Shown here in pieces: positions 42,701 to 56,009 of a stretch of DNA of 64,000 bases. This DNA comes from Auanema rhodensis (taxonomy: Eukaryota > Animalia > Nematoda). The notes beneath the pieces are model-generated. The model ran no database searches and had not been told where the DNA came from. It saw nothing but the letters and a program-made list of their open reading frames with translations. Location: NCBI GenBank assembly GCA_964057225.1, contig OZ059894.1:7874001-7938000 (forward strand), written 5' to 3'. A program made the translations under genes and the position numbers. How positions within the stretch are numbered: the stretch's first letter is position 1; each line of letters begins with the position of its first letter.

Positions 42701-44646
42701 GAATTATGGTATGTACAAAGGTCATCGATATTAGATTACTATTTTCAAAACTGAGATGAGAGAAAGACATATAGAGGGAAATGAGAAAGAGATAGAGATA
42801 GAGAGAGATGAAGAGAAGAAAAGTAAGATCTGATGGTATAAACCGTTAGTTCAGATTTCAAGAGGATGGCGGACTCAGAATTGAACAGTGGATTATGTAA
42901 ATTGAAGGAATATATGGATCTGTTCTGAATGAAATTCCATGAAAACCTGGATCAACCAGATTCAGATGACCAATCACACTTCACATAAAAAGTTCTTTGT
43001 CAATCATGCATTTTGCATGACAGCATGTTGCACTTCGTGTTCCAACACATCTACAAAACAGCTTGAAGCTGATATAAATTTATTCCGAACCTTATGAGAA
43101 ATATTTTGAATAAACCATTGTTAGCACTATAGCATTAAAAACTTGAAAATGAAAATGTTTGGCAAATGGTATTGACTTTTCAATTCACACATAGCCTAGG
43201 TCTTGCTAGATTATTGGAGTGAAATAACACGAAAACGACTTTTAAATTGCAACTATCTCTTCAAATATCAAATGACAATAGATACTTAGTCTGAAAAGTC
43301 TTTTTTTTTCAATTTTTTTTATATTTTTAAGGTATCTTTGTCATATATTTTCTATTGTTGTTATCTCTCTATTTCATGAATTCAACGTTCAATGCCAAAA
43401 AAAGATTAAATACAAAAGCGGTTTTGTCAAATATCATTCAATGTTTCACTTAGTAGCATAAGAAGATTTGCTTTAACAAAACTATGTAATGCAGGTTATA
43501 TCTTAAAGAAGAAAAACCGTGGACTAACTGATCCTTGCTCTATAGGTTTTTGTCTTTTAGTGGAAACATTTGTTATATCATATAATGTAAAGCAAAACCA
43601 AAGAGTTCACTCTCCTTTGTATAAATTTCATTTTTTTTTCTCTGCGAGAATATCATCGAAGAATAAAATATCGTTTTTGAAATAAAACTTATATTTCTGG
43701 TAGAAAAAGAGAATTATATCATAGTTATAAATATAAAAAAAGGAAAATATTAGTCTACGAGGTTTTAGATAGTTAACTTGATAATTGAAACACGTTAACA
43801 TATGTAGATATATGTATATAAATGAACGGATGTAGTGGAAACAAATAGATGAAACCCGCTAATATTAAGAGATGACTAAAACCGTTACACCTAAATAGAG
43901 GAGGAATGAGTGCTTAAATTAACTTTAAATTAGACAGAAAATGACAAGAATAGATGAATAATAACATAAGTTAGCCTTTGAATGAGGTAGATAAGACAAA
44001 CATCATTGAAAATTATACATAATGACCAGTAAGACATCATAAATACCGAAAATAGATGAATACTAGGTTATCAGATGAAGTAATAGTTAGTTGGGTAGCA
44101 TATTATGGTCAATGAGCATCAGCTGTCAGAACATATTAGAACCTGGGAGGATATTGGGAGTGGTGTCACTGACTATCCCGTCCTCATGATGTTATCTCCA
44201 AGAGACAAGTAATAATAAGAAAACTGTGAGAATACAACTCTTAAGAGAGTTTCATATCACCTTTGATGGAATGCGTCCGGAAGAAATCAAAACGTTCATA
44301 TTGTAGTAGATGAAAGAACAGACCAGTACGTGGAGAGATGAGGAGAGTAGGTAAATGAGGTGACGATATAAGAGAATCAGGCAGCCATAAGGGAAGGATA
44401 ATGATGTTGACATCGCTTCTACATAGTGACAGCATCAACATTCGGGCTGATTTTGATTATGGTCACATCAAGTTACCATTAGGTGGGAGATAAAAAGAGC
44501 ATCAGTTGATCATGACACATTATATCAACAGGTGAGATTTGTCTACAGTGTGGCAAACACAATGAAATACCGGGATAGTGTGGCACAAGTATGAGATTAA
44601 ACATAGTAGACGTCATATAGTACAACAGATAATTAGACGAGAGAAA

Positions 44647-47465
44647 TTATTCGGAATCGGAAGCAGCCGGTGGTAACATACGACCATTCATTGGAGCCAG
44701 TGGAACAGGATCAGTCGAGGCCACCTTATATTCGTTAAACTTTTGAATTGTCAACCATTCAATTCCACCATAGAAATATTGGATTAAGCCATACATAATA
44801 CAGGTAAATATGCCAAAGTAAAACATAAATTGAACCTAAACCTTTGAGTTTTTCTATGGAAAATCAGAAAATTCATAGTGTAACCTGTAAGAAAGCTGAA
44901 AGCCAAAACATAGTGGTGAACAGCCAGAAGGCAATGATGATGATTTGACCATAAACACCTTCCTTGGAATCCTAAAAACAATCACAATAAGAAATGACGT
45001 TTGTTACATCATGAAGAGTTACTTGATATATCTTGTTGCCACAGTTAAATTGGCGTTCAACGCCGGATTTTGAGTAAAATTCATCCAACTTTACTTCTTT
45101 ATCTTTCCATAACTTGACAAGCCAATGAGCTAGAGCTTCATCGGTTTTTGGTAAAGCGTTGATGTCATACTTGATAACCTTCAAAGGAATGAATTTTTCT
45201 TTCAAACGTCAGATTACCATCTAACCTGATAATGGACATCTCGCGAACAGACTCCATATGCGACGATATCTACATCTCTCTGTACAATACAATCTCCGAA
45301 TCCAATGGTAACATCGTATAAATATTTTATGTTGTTATCTGAAAAAGCAAAAAATCAATTTGAAAATAATTTTTTTTCATAATGTCTTTCATCCGTAACA
45401 GGTAATCTACTTTTCTTAACCTTGGTGCTGGCTCATATAAACATTACACACCTCTGGAAAGGTATCTGATACACAAAAAGACTTTTGTTTTCGATATTCG
45501 TCTAGTAGCCACCTTCTAGTTACAATGACACGCGTGTAACTTGATATAACTTGTTTGAAGGTACCGCTTTATGTCTCATATTCTCTAATAGGATTGCCAA
45601 AGATTAGCTAGAAGAAGAAGTTCACTGAGTAGTGATAGGGAAAGTTGAAGAAAAATAAAAAGAAGATGAACGAGAAGCAGCAGGAAACAGCACAAAGTAA
45701 ACAAATCGCAGACAGATAACCACTTCGCAAAACCTCCGCTATTGTCTCTTAAAGTAATACTATTTGACTTATAAGTAATAATACTTCCTAATTCTTATTT
45801 GTTCAACCAATGATAATAGATATCGAAACCTAGGATCAAATCCAAGAAATGCAACCGGTCATCCAAATAATTTCAACCAAAATGAAATATCGTAGATAAC
45901 TTTAAGGTTTCATTTGAACTTTGACATAATTTGAATCATAGAGATTATCATTTTTCAAGCACAATTACGCAATATGTTATCATTACATCACTTGTAATAT
46001 AGGATACAATCAATTTGAGTGATATGAGACAAGTGATGGACGTTGAATAGGAATTGTGTAATCATTGACTTTGATTATCTGATATATGACATGGAAAGAA
46101 GAAATCATGTTACTTTACTTTACTTCTCTCTCGATTGACATGTAAAACCTATATTATATATAGCCTGACGTACTAAACATTGTTTTACAAAGTTTTTAAA
46201 CGATCATATCACATATCGCAAGTGCTCTCTCCCTCCCATAACAGCAAGTTCATCTCATCCAATGGGATACCTCCCGTTCTCGTTACCTACACATGAATAG
46301 CATATCCTCCCTCACCTATGTTGTACAACCTAAACAACAACAACTGCTTAGAAAAATTAGACAATGTCCATTACTATAGTGCGTACGCAGCAAGTAAAAT
46401 GAAGAAGAAAAAGTAGTAGAGAAGTGTAATTTGGGAAAAATAGAAAAATCTTTAGATCATCCATCATGTAATATACTGCTAAGATGATCAAAGAATTAAG
46501 TGAATGAACTATTGAATATTATAATAATCATGTGATTTGATATGTCTGACCTTTTCTCATTTTTTGTACAATATGTACGAATCCTGTGGTGCGGGGATGA
46601 AGCACATAATTGTAGTGAGGCAATCCTTTCTTTTCAGCATAAACACGACTACGTTCTGTGGCTTTGGGACATTTATCTGTACCTTCAGGGAATAACAATA
46701 GCTAAAAATAGAAAATAATATATATTGTGTAAAAAGCATCAAAACCTGATAATTGAAACCACAATTTGCATAATATTCCAACATGGTATCAAGACGAGCT
46801 TTATCAGATTCATATGATCTATCGAGGAAAATGAATGAGTTAGCACCCATTGCCCAGCCTTAATACACACGACGATACATGCAATCAAGATAAAAGAAGA
46901 AAAACAACTCACCAGCTCCTGGAAGATATTTCAGAATTCCTTTCAAAGCAATTTTCTCTGATGTACATAGCCAAGGATTCATTTTATACAATGCTCTCCA
47001 GAAATAAAGCCAATCCAGCCTGAAAAACATAGGAAAAGCTTATATTTGGATACATCTAAGCTAACCGAGTTCGATGATTCATAATAATCAGAGCAGGTTC
47101 ATGATAATCGATCATATCTCCTCCAATCGAAATATTAGAGCCAAATATGTAGTTTAACAATGCCTGTACATTATTTTTATAGAAAGTATTATTAAATTTA
47201 TAAATACCCCAGGCATTATACACCAAACTCCTACTAAACGATCCATGCATTTTCTCCATAAAGTTGGATTCCAGAATAATAGAGGAACCATTGGAGTTAT
47301 GATGAAAATCGCTCCTATTTGAAAACATTAGTAATATTCTTAGCCAGTAAAGATACCAAAAAATGCAGATAGAAATAGGAAAGAGGCAAAAACCCATCCT
47401 CTGATCCTGATAAACCACGGTTGCCCTGGGCCAATCGTTGGTGGTTCTTTACATATCTGCGACAT
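44647..47465 (-). CDS. acl-9: Lysocardiolipin/lyso-PI acyltransferase (LCLAT1/LYCAT family), acl-9-like, about 409 aa, 10 exons
   Basis: Exons 47465-47357, 47314-47208, 47163-47066, 47019-46913, 46858-46746, 46701-46551, 45338-45226, 45178-45023, 44971-44885, 44835-44647 (1230 nt). AGPAT motifs NHRTRLDW, FIFLDR, FPEGTD and VLHPRTTGF are present. IRGWVFA, KCPKATERSR and NNIKYLYDVTIGFGD match recalled C. elegans ACL-9. Confidence 0.9.
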
Positions 47466-47481
47466 TTGTTCAGGATCCTGC

Positions 47482-47487
47482 CTGAAA
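47482..47487 (-). promoter_or_regulatory. Likely SL trans-splice (or 5'UTR intron) acceptor TTTCAG of the acl-9-like gene
   Basis: TTTCAG 16 nt upstream of the ATG at 47465. Confidence 0.55.
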
Positions 47488-48614
47488 TATTATTTCAAAT
47501 GATTTTCATGAAACAATGATGAAATAAAATCAATTTTGAAAAAAATTAAAGGGAATTGGGATGAACAATCATAGTTTAGCAAGTAATCAACAGTAAAATA
47601 AACACAAAGAAATACCAAGCGCTCAACTTAGCTCAAGTAAGCTGCGAGTTTTCAATGTATTCACCTGCCTACCACCAGGGCAAGGGACAGGACAGTGAAA
47701 ACACAATAACACGATTTGAGGTACTATTTGAGAGTAAAATTATGAAAACACGTTTTACGGCAACGGATGATGAAAAAGTTTGACAATGTATGATGAAAAA
47801 GTTTGAAACATGTAGATTTCACTAGCAATGACTGGTACTGAGCATATCGGGTCCCCTCCCCTTCTCTTTTCAAACTGTTCTTCTCGAGTACTATTCATCG
47901 ATTTCATGACAACTAATGAAAAAACTATTTATAGAAACTTATAAAAACTGAACGAGTTGGCTAAGGAGTTGAACCATACAAACGTGAAATAAAGAACTTC
48001 CTACCTGCCGCTCTCGAGATACTCCCAGCTTTTAGCAGAAAGCATTCAAAAGTACCACTGATACAAATTGACAATAGCAGAATAGGTACAGAACATACAT
48101 TCGAGAAAGACACTTTGTCCTTGGATCGCAACATTCTGATGAGAAGATTGATTCTCATTATTGATAAATTTTTCAAGAGTTGACAAATAGAAGTAACGAT
48201 AAATGCAGAGATAAAATTACAGCTTTTGTTACTTGTAATAGTACTTCAACTTGCGTGTGTTTTGAACGAAAACTTTGGCGAAATCGTTATTTTCTGAGAA
48301 CAGTAGACAAATCTTGTGGTAGAATATTTTCCAAGGTTAGTCAATCCTATCACCCTATTAAGGGTTCAATAGTAAGACAAAAAAAAACGAAAATGGTCAA
48401 GTTCATAAAGCAATTTTTAAAAAATAATAATACGATAAATAAAAAAAATATGATTCGGTTGAAAGCCAATATTTGAATGCCGATAACATAAACAGCAAAT
48501 GGTATTCTTTTCCCAACAAAAACTGTACACAGGACAAACCAAAAACTGGGCCAAATCTAAAGAAAACAACAATCAGAAGCAGAAAATGATTAGAATCGCT
48601 CACAACAGCCTTTC

Positions 48615-48620
48615 TTTATT
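48615..48620 (-). promoter_or_regulatory. Putative polyadenylation signal of the acl-8-like gene
   Basis: AATAAA on the minus strand about 190 nt after the stop codon. Confidence 0.45.
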
Positions 48621-48807
48621 ATAATACATATAAAACATCAAAAAATTTATGAATTTCTTCTATAATCTGTGATGAGAACTCTTCGAAAATAAATTAAAAA
48701 GCTCCAATTAAAAAGGAAACACTGTACAATGCACAAACTGTGAAACGACATAACAACCTCATATTTTAAAAAAAGAATTGACTAGTATTTTAATGAGCCA
48801 AGAACGT

Positions 48808-50426
48808 TTATAGCGCTTTTTGACTTTGCTGATAATTGGAAAACCAATCCAAAATTAGAAATTCAACACCGTTATACTTTTTGAGAGCAAATATGTAGAA
48901 ACATATAGCAGCTAAAACGTAGAACTTCACAAAAGTGTAGTAATAGGTGAGATAAAGCCAGAACACAGACGAGATGACCCAAAAGGCAAAAGTCAAGTAG
49001 TAACCAATTCCTCTAGTTAACACCTGTAAACAGAAAAGTGATGACAGTGAATGAGAGAGAGAAAAAAGAGAGAGAGAGAGAGAAAAAGAGAGAGAAGGAA
49101 GATGTGAATCAGATAGAAAAAAAGAAAAATGTGTGATACGAGAGAAAAATAAAGCGATATTATAGAATTGAAAGTATAGAACATGAGAGAAAGAAGACAT
49201 ACCGGCCAAATGTATCGCTCTCCGCTCGGCTCAAGCTTGTGTTCTTCTTCATCGTAAAACCTTAATGGCAAGACTTTACATTTAACTGATTCGTGATAAC
49301 CACACCTTCGCAGCTTTTCTTCTTTGCCCTTCCACAATGAGTTTAACCAATTCGCTCGTTCATCATCAGAAGCAGGTAATTCGCCTATTTTATACTTTTT
49401 CACATCGAAATGTATGTTCTGTAAAACGATATATATGTTTTTCGTTGAATTTTCTTTTGTTTACCTTAGGGAAAACGCCCTTTTTAATTAATTGAAGTTC
49501 TGATTCAATTATATTATCTTCATAAGCAAGTGTGATATCATATACATAGCTTATATAATTGTCTAAAGCTTTTCATTTGCTCAACTTTTTCTTTTCCAAT
49601 AACTTACGTTTTCGCATAAGCTCTATAAAATAGTTGAACCCAGTAGTTCGTGGGTGAAGAACATTCGAATAATGGGGCAAACCATGCTTATCAGCAAAGG
49701 CATTGCTAAGCTCTATCGCTCGTTTTCCACGATCTGTGCCTTCGGGGAACAACAAGAGCTAAACATAACATTAAATTAAATCGATTGAGCTTCATAAAAT
49801 TCTACCTGATAAGTCCCATTTGATTGTGCATAATAGTTTATCATCTGTTCGATAGTTGCCTTATCGCTTTCAAAAGAACGTTCCAAAAATATATAAGATC
49901 CACAACCCATTGCCCAACCTGCGCCAGGAATTTTCTTGAGCGGTGCCTGGAAAAATTCCCAATCATTGTTTTAATATCAATCGTATCACTATACTTTCAA
50001 CGATATTTTCTCCGTTGTTAATAGAAGGGGATCCATTTTGTATAAGGCATTCCAAAGAAACATCCAATCTAAGCTACAATTAAAGGTTAAGCAGCACATA
50101 CTTCCATAGCTTACCGAGTTCTATGATTCATGATAATCAACCCTGGTTTGTCTCTATCTATCAAATCACCGGTAACATGAAAATGACATCCAAATATGTA
50201 CTCGAGTAGACTCTACAATTATTTAACTAATAATTTAAAAAGCAAAGTAAGCACAAACCGCCGGAAAAGTTAACCAATATCCTACGAAACGATCTGCATA
50301 AAACCTCCATAACTTAGGTGAATATATGGCCAAAGGTATGAAGGGGAACAAGATAAATATGGCTCCCAATAATGAAGAAATAAATAGCAGGAATACGAAA
50401 ACTACCCCGTTTGCACGTCCAAACAT
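48808..50426 (-). CDS. acl-8: Lysocardiolipin/lyso-PI acyltransferase (LCLAT1/LYCAT family), acl-8-like, about 373 aa, 9 exons
   Basis: Exons 50426-50259, 50212-50115, 50073-49995, 49946-49806, 49758-49608, 49562-49465, 49418-49306, 49260-49203, 49023-48808 (1122 nt). Motifs NHRTRLDW, TEKISLKAPLKKIPGAGWAM, FPEGTD, LHPRTTGF and GIGYYLTFAFWV match recalled C. elegans ACL-8. Confidence 0.9.
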
Positions 50427-51683
50427 TAGTCCATCAGTGATCTTAAAGTTTTCAAATAAGATTTATCAGATACATTATGAATTACTTTGTTCAAGCTGAA
50501 AAATACTTAAGAAATTCAGACAGGAGGACGTATAAAATACGCAATTGCGTCTATTGAGCGAAGGCAAGAGCAATCGATGGCAGCATAAAAATATTTCTGC
50601 ATTGTTGACTCATTCTATGTTTCAATCATGAATCAGTTCATATTAATGTTAAAATTGTAAAACATTTTACAGATAAAACTAGTTTTGGAGTGCATATTTA
50701 TTTGAAGTATTCAAAACAGAAACTTTTTTTTTTGTTTGAAAATTCATAAAAAGAATCTCTTAGAATTAAGTGGGGTGGTAGAGAAACTGTTTCACATCTT
50801 TGTTTCATGACAATATTTTTCTATAATTCAGAAAACTAAAATAAATAAAAGCAAGTAAGTTAGGAATCGCAAAATAACTTCAATAATAAACAGATAAAGT
50901 ACAAAAAAATAATGATAAGATATATCATTACATACTTGTAACTCTGTGAAAAGTAAAAGTAGTGCAAACTTCCGCCCATAAATAACCCCATGTTAAGCAT
51001 TTTATATGTAAACAAGAGGCTTGAACTTTCGTAAAATTCGAATTATATGGAAATTTAAATAGAGAAATGAAAAAATGAAAATCAACCGTTCGTAAAACAA
51101 AAAAAAAGAAAACAAATAAAAGAGCGATGACGTGACGCACGTGGAATCGTGGAATACTAAGCTAATGAAGTGAAAAGAAGGCAACGTATAACTACATAAT
51201 CTTAATTTTTTCATTAACTGTAAATCATATGAGTATGTTTTTCAGTGAAAATTAGTAACGATAAGTAAAGATTTACTAGATTCTTGTCTGTTTGTAAGAT
51301 AGTTGTCGCTGATTTCTGTTATAACCGTTGAATGACGAAGATTTGCTATATGAAACAAGTTTTTTCTTCAAGATTATATTATGCATAAAGAAAAAGAAAG
51401 AACATGAGTAGAAGAAAGTGATAGAAAGAAAAGATTTGAAAGATGTTCAACATACACATGTAAATCATATAGTTTTATTATAATTATAATATTTACAGCA
51501 ATAGATGAAAATTTTAGTAAAGCTATACAACAGTATTATTTAAAACCCATTTTCCATATGAAAAGTTACATCATGTACCATGAAGTGAAAGTTTCTCAAT
51601 AAACTAAGTTTGTTTTTTTACATATTAAATAGAAATATTATAAATTAGAAGAATATGGAATTAATTAAGCTTGTTTACAATAA

Positions 51684-54600
51684 TTAAGTGGAAAATCTAT
51701 GAGTATTATCAACGGTTAACCTATCAATTGTAACAAAGGAATCACTGTCTTTCATAAATTGCTTTTGTGGATGAACAATATTTGTTAACATTTCGACATT
51801 TTTGAATAATTGAGCTAATTTAGAATCCAGCTGGTTTTGACGAAGACGAACTTTCATCAACCTTTCTTCAGTTTCCAAAAATGCCTATAAAAACCATGTT
51901 AACATTTCATATAATCATTCTACTCACTCTTCTGGCTGTAAAATAATCATCTTCTTCTTCCATTTGCATTCTTAAACGCCATCGAGTTTTACGAAATCTG
52001 CAAATAATAAGGAAATATATGAATTACAGTTCAAATCTTACAATGTAACTGCTCGTAGAAGACCCCTTTGAGCAGAAGCAAGGCGTAAAGCTCCTTGAGT
52101 GGTACGGTGGGCTTCTTGAGCTCGTTTTAATATTAGAGATCTCCAGGTATTTTGCAAAACCCTGGCGGCAGCATGTTTATGTCTGAAAAAGTTGTCAAAA
52201 AATTAGAATTTTCTGTTAGAAGTTCGATTGTATACTCTCTGCTCAGTTGATTTTCTGCTATAAGATGATTAACACGTTTTTCACTTGATGATAATGCCAA
52301 TCGCCGTCCTACTAATGCAATAAGTGTTGAAGAGAATAGCGTACCCTGAAACAACTTTGTGTTTTCTGTCTCCTAGCTAAATAACTTTTAAAGTAAAATC
52401 AAAAACAAATAAATTTTTTTTCTTCAAAAGGAAAGAACAAAAGAATTGAATTCTACACTGACCACTATGGCTGTAAGCATAGCAAGCCCACGGCCACAAA
52501 ATGTTTGAACTTGAATATCTCCATAACCGATTGAGAAGAATGTCTGAAATTATAATTTAATATTAAATTTTGAATATTATATTAAAACATACAATTATTA
52601 CAAACCATAAATAATCAAAAAAATGTTGAATACTTGATATAGTTGGGTATGTATATCTGAAGCATAAAAATAGTTTATACAACGTATAATGAGCATACCT
52701 TTCACATTGAGTTAAGGTCCAGGTGACTACGGTCCAGAAAAATAATGTTCCTAGTCCAAGAACATACAATGGCCGAGCATATAGTTGACTTTTGACCACA
52801 AATCGAAAATCTACTCCTACGTGATTGAGTGATGCTATGGTACGTGTAGCACAATCCTACAAAACTTGTTTTTCTATATTATATGGAATAATTAATAATT
52901 CATTACCTGATATTGACGACTGTGAAGTAATATAAATCTACAAATGATATATAGTCGAAGAAACATTGGTACAGCAACAAGAACATTTGTTGGAATAAAT
53001 ACTCGTTCACGATTTTTTGCAGATTCGATGCCCAGTAATGGCCAGTCTACCACTCCAGTATCTGTAAAATTTAAACAAATTAACTATTATATTCATTATA
53101 TAATATATAATTAATAATATAAGAACAATGTCTATAATTTAAAAATTAAATTGTTATCTACTGTATATCAACCGCTCATTAATCTTTATAATGTTAAAAT
53201 AAAATCATTTTCTTCACGTGTACGTGTGCGTGTAGTCAAAGTTCAAACTAATTATGCTAATTTTAGTTTATGATAATGATATCATATTCATGATATGCAT
53301 GACTAACATACTAATAAAAATTAAAATGAATGTTTAAATATAAATATTTGTGTATATAACTACCTGGAAATGGACATATTGAACAGACAAGTAGTTCTAA
53401 TAGAACTTTTAATAGTCGTTCTCTAGTTATACCAATTCTCCAATGATCATTTCCCGTTTCAATCAAATATATCTGAATATACGGATATATATATCTATAC
53501 CATCAATTGACATTATTATATTTTTTAAGAATATAAAAATAGTAATATGAAGAACCTTGATGTCTGTGAGGTGATATGCTACCAGAGTCAGTAATAGGAG
53601 AACTGTGAGAAAGATGCATAGCACTCGTAAAGCAAACGATACTCCAGAAGACTGGAATACACAAGATGTAAAACCTTTTTTTGGCTATTTATTTTTGATC
53701 AAAAAAAAAGCAAGCAAAAACAACCAAAAATTGATCTGAAATTCTGTCTTTTATTTTTATGAGAAATAAAATAGTTATATCTATATATTCTTTCTTATAA
53801 TATAACATATATGCAAATATTTTTTTAAAAACTTACTGATAATGAAAATGATATAAGTCTATATGGCATTTGACTTGCTGTCATTTCAACATCAATTATT
53901 GCCAATAATAAACCAGACATTGCAAAAAACAGGGACCAATCACACAGCTGAAAGATGTGTCAATTAAAATATTTTTCTTTTCTTTTTCTATAGGCTTCAA
54001 GTTTCATGTTGTCTGTAAGCAAACCTTCATCTTCAGGTCCATCATGTGTCGACGTTGCCGGAATCGAGCTTGAGCCATCTCGGCTGTGGTTGCTGATACG
54101 CCGTATCCTTTGCCCTTACGAACTGGAGGTTCACGAGGTGTCGACCAGTCACTTCCTATAACGGTTAATTATGTGATTTATACGAAAAAATAGTGAAAAA
54201 AACAATTATATTTGATTGAAAATGTGAACAAAACTGGTTTTTGTTATCTGGCTTTTAGTAAAAGCTGAACATTTGATTTTGTGAATAATTCAATAATTTT
54301 TGAAAGTTTATTTCATATTTCATATAGAAATAAATAACTTTATATTATATAAATATCAGATAATAATTAAAAAATAGCTGGGAATACAACTATACTGCTT
54401 ATAAAATTTTGCTACCAACCAGAAAAATGTTTGAAAAGAAACTGTAATTAAAGTGTGTAAATTGGTTTGAAAATGAGGAAGAAGCTTAAAGAAACGTCAG
54501 GTATGAAATAAGTTTAAGGGAGGGTGGGGGAGATATAAAAATGGAATATATGTAGTTACAAATCAGGATGAACAGACCTTTATGACGATATTTCATTATA

Positions 54601-55998
54601 AAATGATTCTTCATTCAAAAAAGAATATGTAGCTATGTAAGAAGGCTAATAGAGCCAACAAGAATTGTAGTTTTTTCTTAGTTCGATGTAGTGAAGAAAG
54701 AAATTGAACTCAAGGTAGATTAAAGTCAAAAAAATATTAAAAAATAATAAAAGAAATCCATATAATATATGTATATGTATATAGATATCTAGTATTACAG
54801 ATATTTGAAGTGATATACGTGAGAAAGTCATTTGATGTATAAATGAGGCTTCATCATTATCATTATTTTCTTCAAAATCCCAACTATTTTATTATATAGA
54901 TTAAAAATAAATCTGTAATTTTTTTTAAAATTCAATCGATTTTATTAAAAAATATTAAAAATAATTACATATAATCTGTTTTAACGATATATATATATAT
55001 ACAGATATACATATGGATGTATATGTAGTATGTATAAGTATTTATATGTATGTCTGTGCAAATTAAGTTCTTTCGTCTTTCATAAATCATAGATGAAACA
55101 TTCTGAGTTTAAACAGTTTGATACAGCATAAACAGATATAAGCATGAAAGATTGAAAAAAGTTTAACTTGTACTGCTTCAAACTTTTGTGAAACTAACAA
55201 TAGATTTGAGCTGTTTTCTTAAAAACTTGATTGCCATAGGACATTGAAATAATTGTTCTTTGAAATCATCTGTCTTGTTGTTGATATATTAGCTTAAAAG
55301 ATCATATCAGGATCAATTGGATGAGAAGCTATAGAGTAGTATCTTCTTCTTTCTCGTTTTCAAGAGCCATTTCGGGAAAACAACATTTTTTTTTTGAGTG
55401 GATAAAGAAGTTAAACGAAACGAAAATTTAAAAGAAAAATGAGAAATGAAGGTTCAACTTGCTATATGTATACATTTGGATATGTATCTTTGAATATATA
55501 TGATATATGAATGTACATATTCAGCAAATAGAAAATTTACTTTCTTAACTATGCAAGAAGAACGTTTCCTCGTTAAGACCTAACATTGTAAACTGGCCTA
55601 GAATCTGAGAACTTTTTCTTTTTTTTTCACATTTGAGTATGGACGGAAGTGAAATGAAGCAAAAAGGGTAATACGACAAGCTTAGTAAGTTCATCCCATG
55701 ACGAATCAGGGGTTGTGCGAGAAAATGGATTTAATGGCTATTACGTATGTGAATCTCCCTCTTCTCTTTTCAACCGAATTCAACCCAATCTTCGAATTTT
55801 GTTTTGTTTTTTGAAATGAAAAATAAAATAAATTACAACAAATATAATTTGCTATATTGAATTATAATTTTGAAATTGATTGATAAGAATACAATGATTA
55901 TAAATTTTATTTTTCGTGTATGGTTTACCTCTACTGGAGAATATTGTAAAACGCGGACTGCGTGATATACCCACTGCACCAGCTCGAACAGCTGCCAT
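51684..55998 (-). CDS. Small-conductance Ca2+-activated K+ channel (SK/KCNN, nematode kcnl family), about 498 aa, 13 exons
   Basis: Exons 55998-55929, 54155-54025, 53947-53837, 53651-53556, 53472-53364, 53061-52907, 52856-52699, 52656-52593, 52543-52463, 52345-52236, 52182-52042, 51997-51928, 51884-51684 (1497 nt). Hallmarks: S1 LCDWSLFFAMSGLLLAIIDVE; S3 LELLVCSICPFP; S4 MFLRLYIICRFILLHS; pore TFFSIGYGD..TFCGRG; CaM-binding region SEKRVNH...HAAARVLQNTWR; C-terminal coiled coil. I cannot assign the specific paralogue. Confidence 0.93.
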
Positions 55999-56002
55999 TG
56001 TT

Positions 56003-56009
56003 CTGAAAA
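56003..56009 (-). promoter_or_regulatory. TTTTCAG acceptor 4 nt upstream of the SK-channel ATG (trans-splice site or upstream intron)
   Basis: Consensus nematode 3' splice site directly before AACA-ATG. Confidence 0.6.

Noticed and set aside
40951-43022. Short AT-rich hairpins (~40950-40991, 41480-41502, 43003-43019)
   Set aside because: Isolated 7-10 bp stems are expected by chance in AT-rich DNA.
46538-46548. TGATATGTCTG, resembling the 5' end of miR-50/190
   Set aside because: It is the antisense of an acl-9 splice-donor region, and there is no hairpin.
47466-51683. SL2-type operon of SK channel, acl-8 and acl-9
   Set aside because: The nearest poly(A) signals (51474, 48615) lie about 1 kb from the next acceptor, rather than the ~100 nt typical of operons. 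It cannot be fully excluded without SL2 data.
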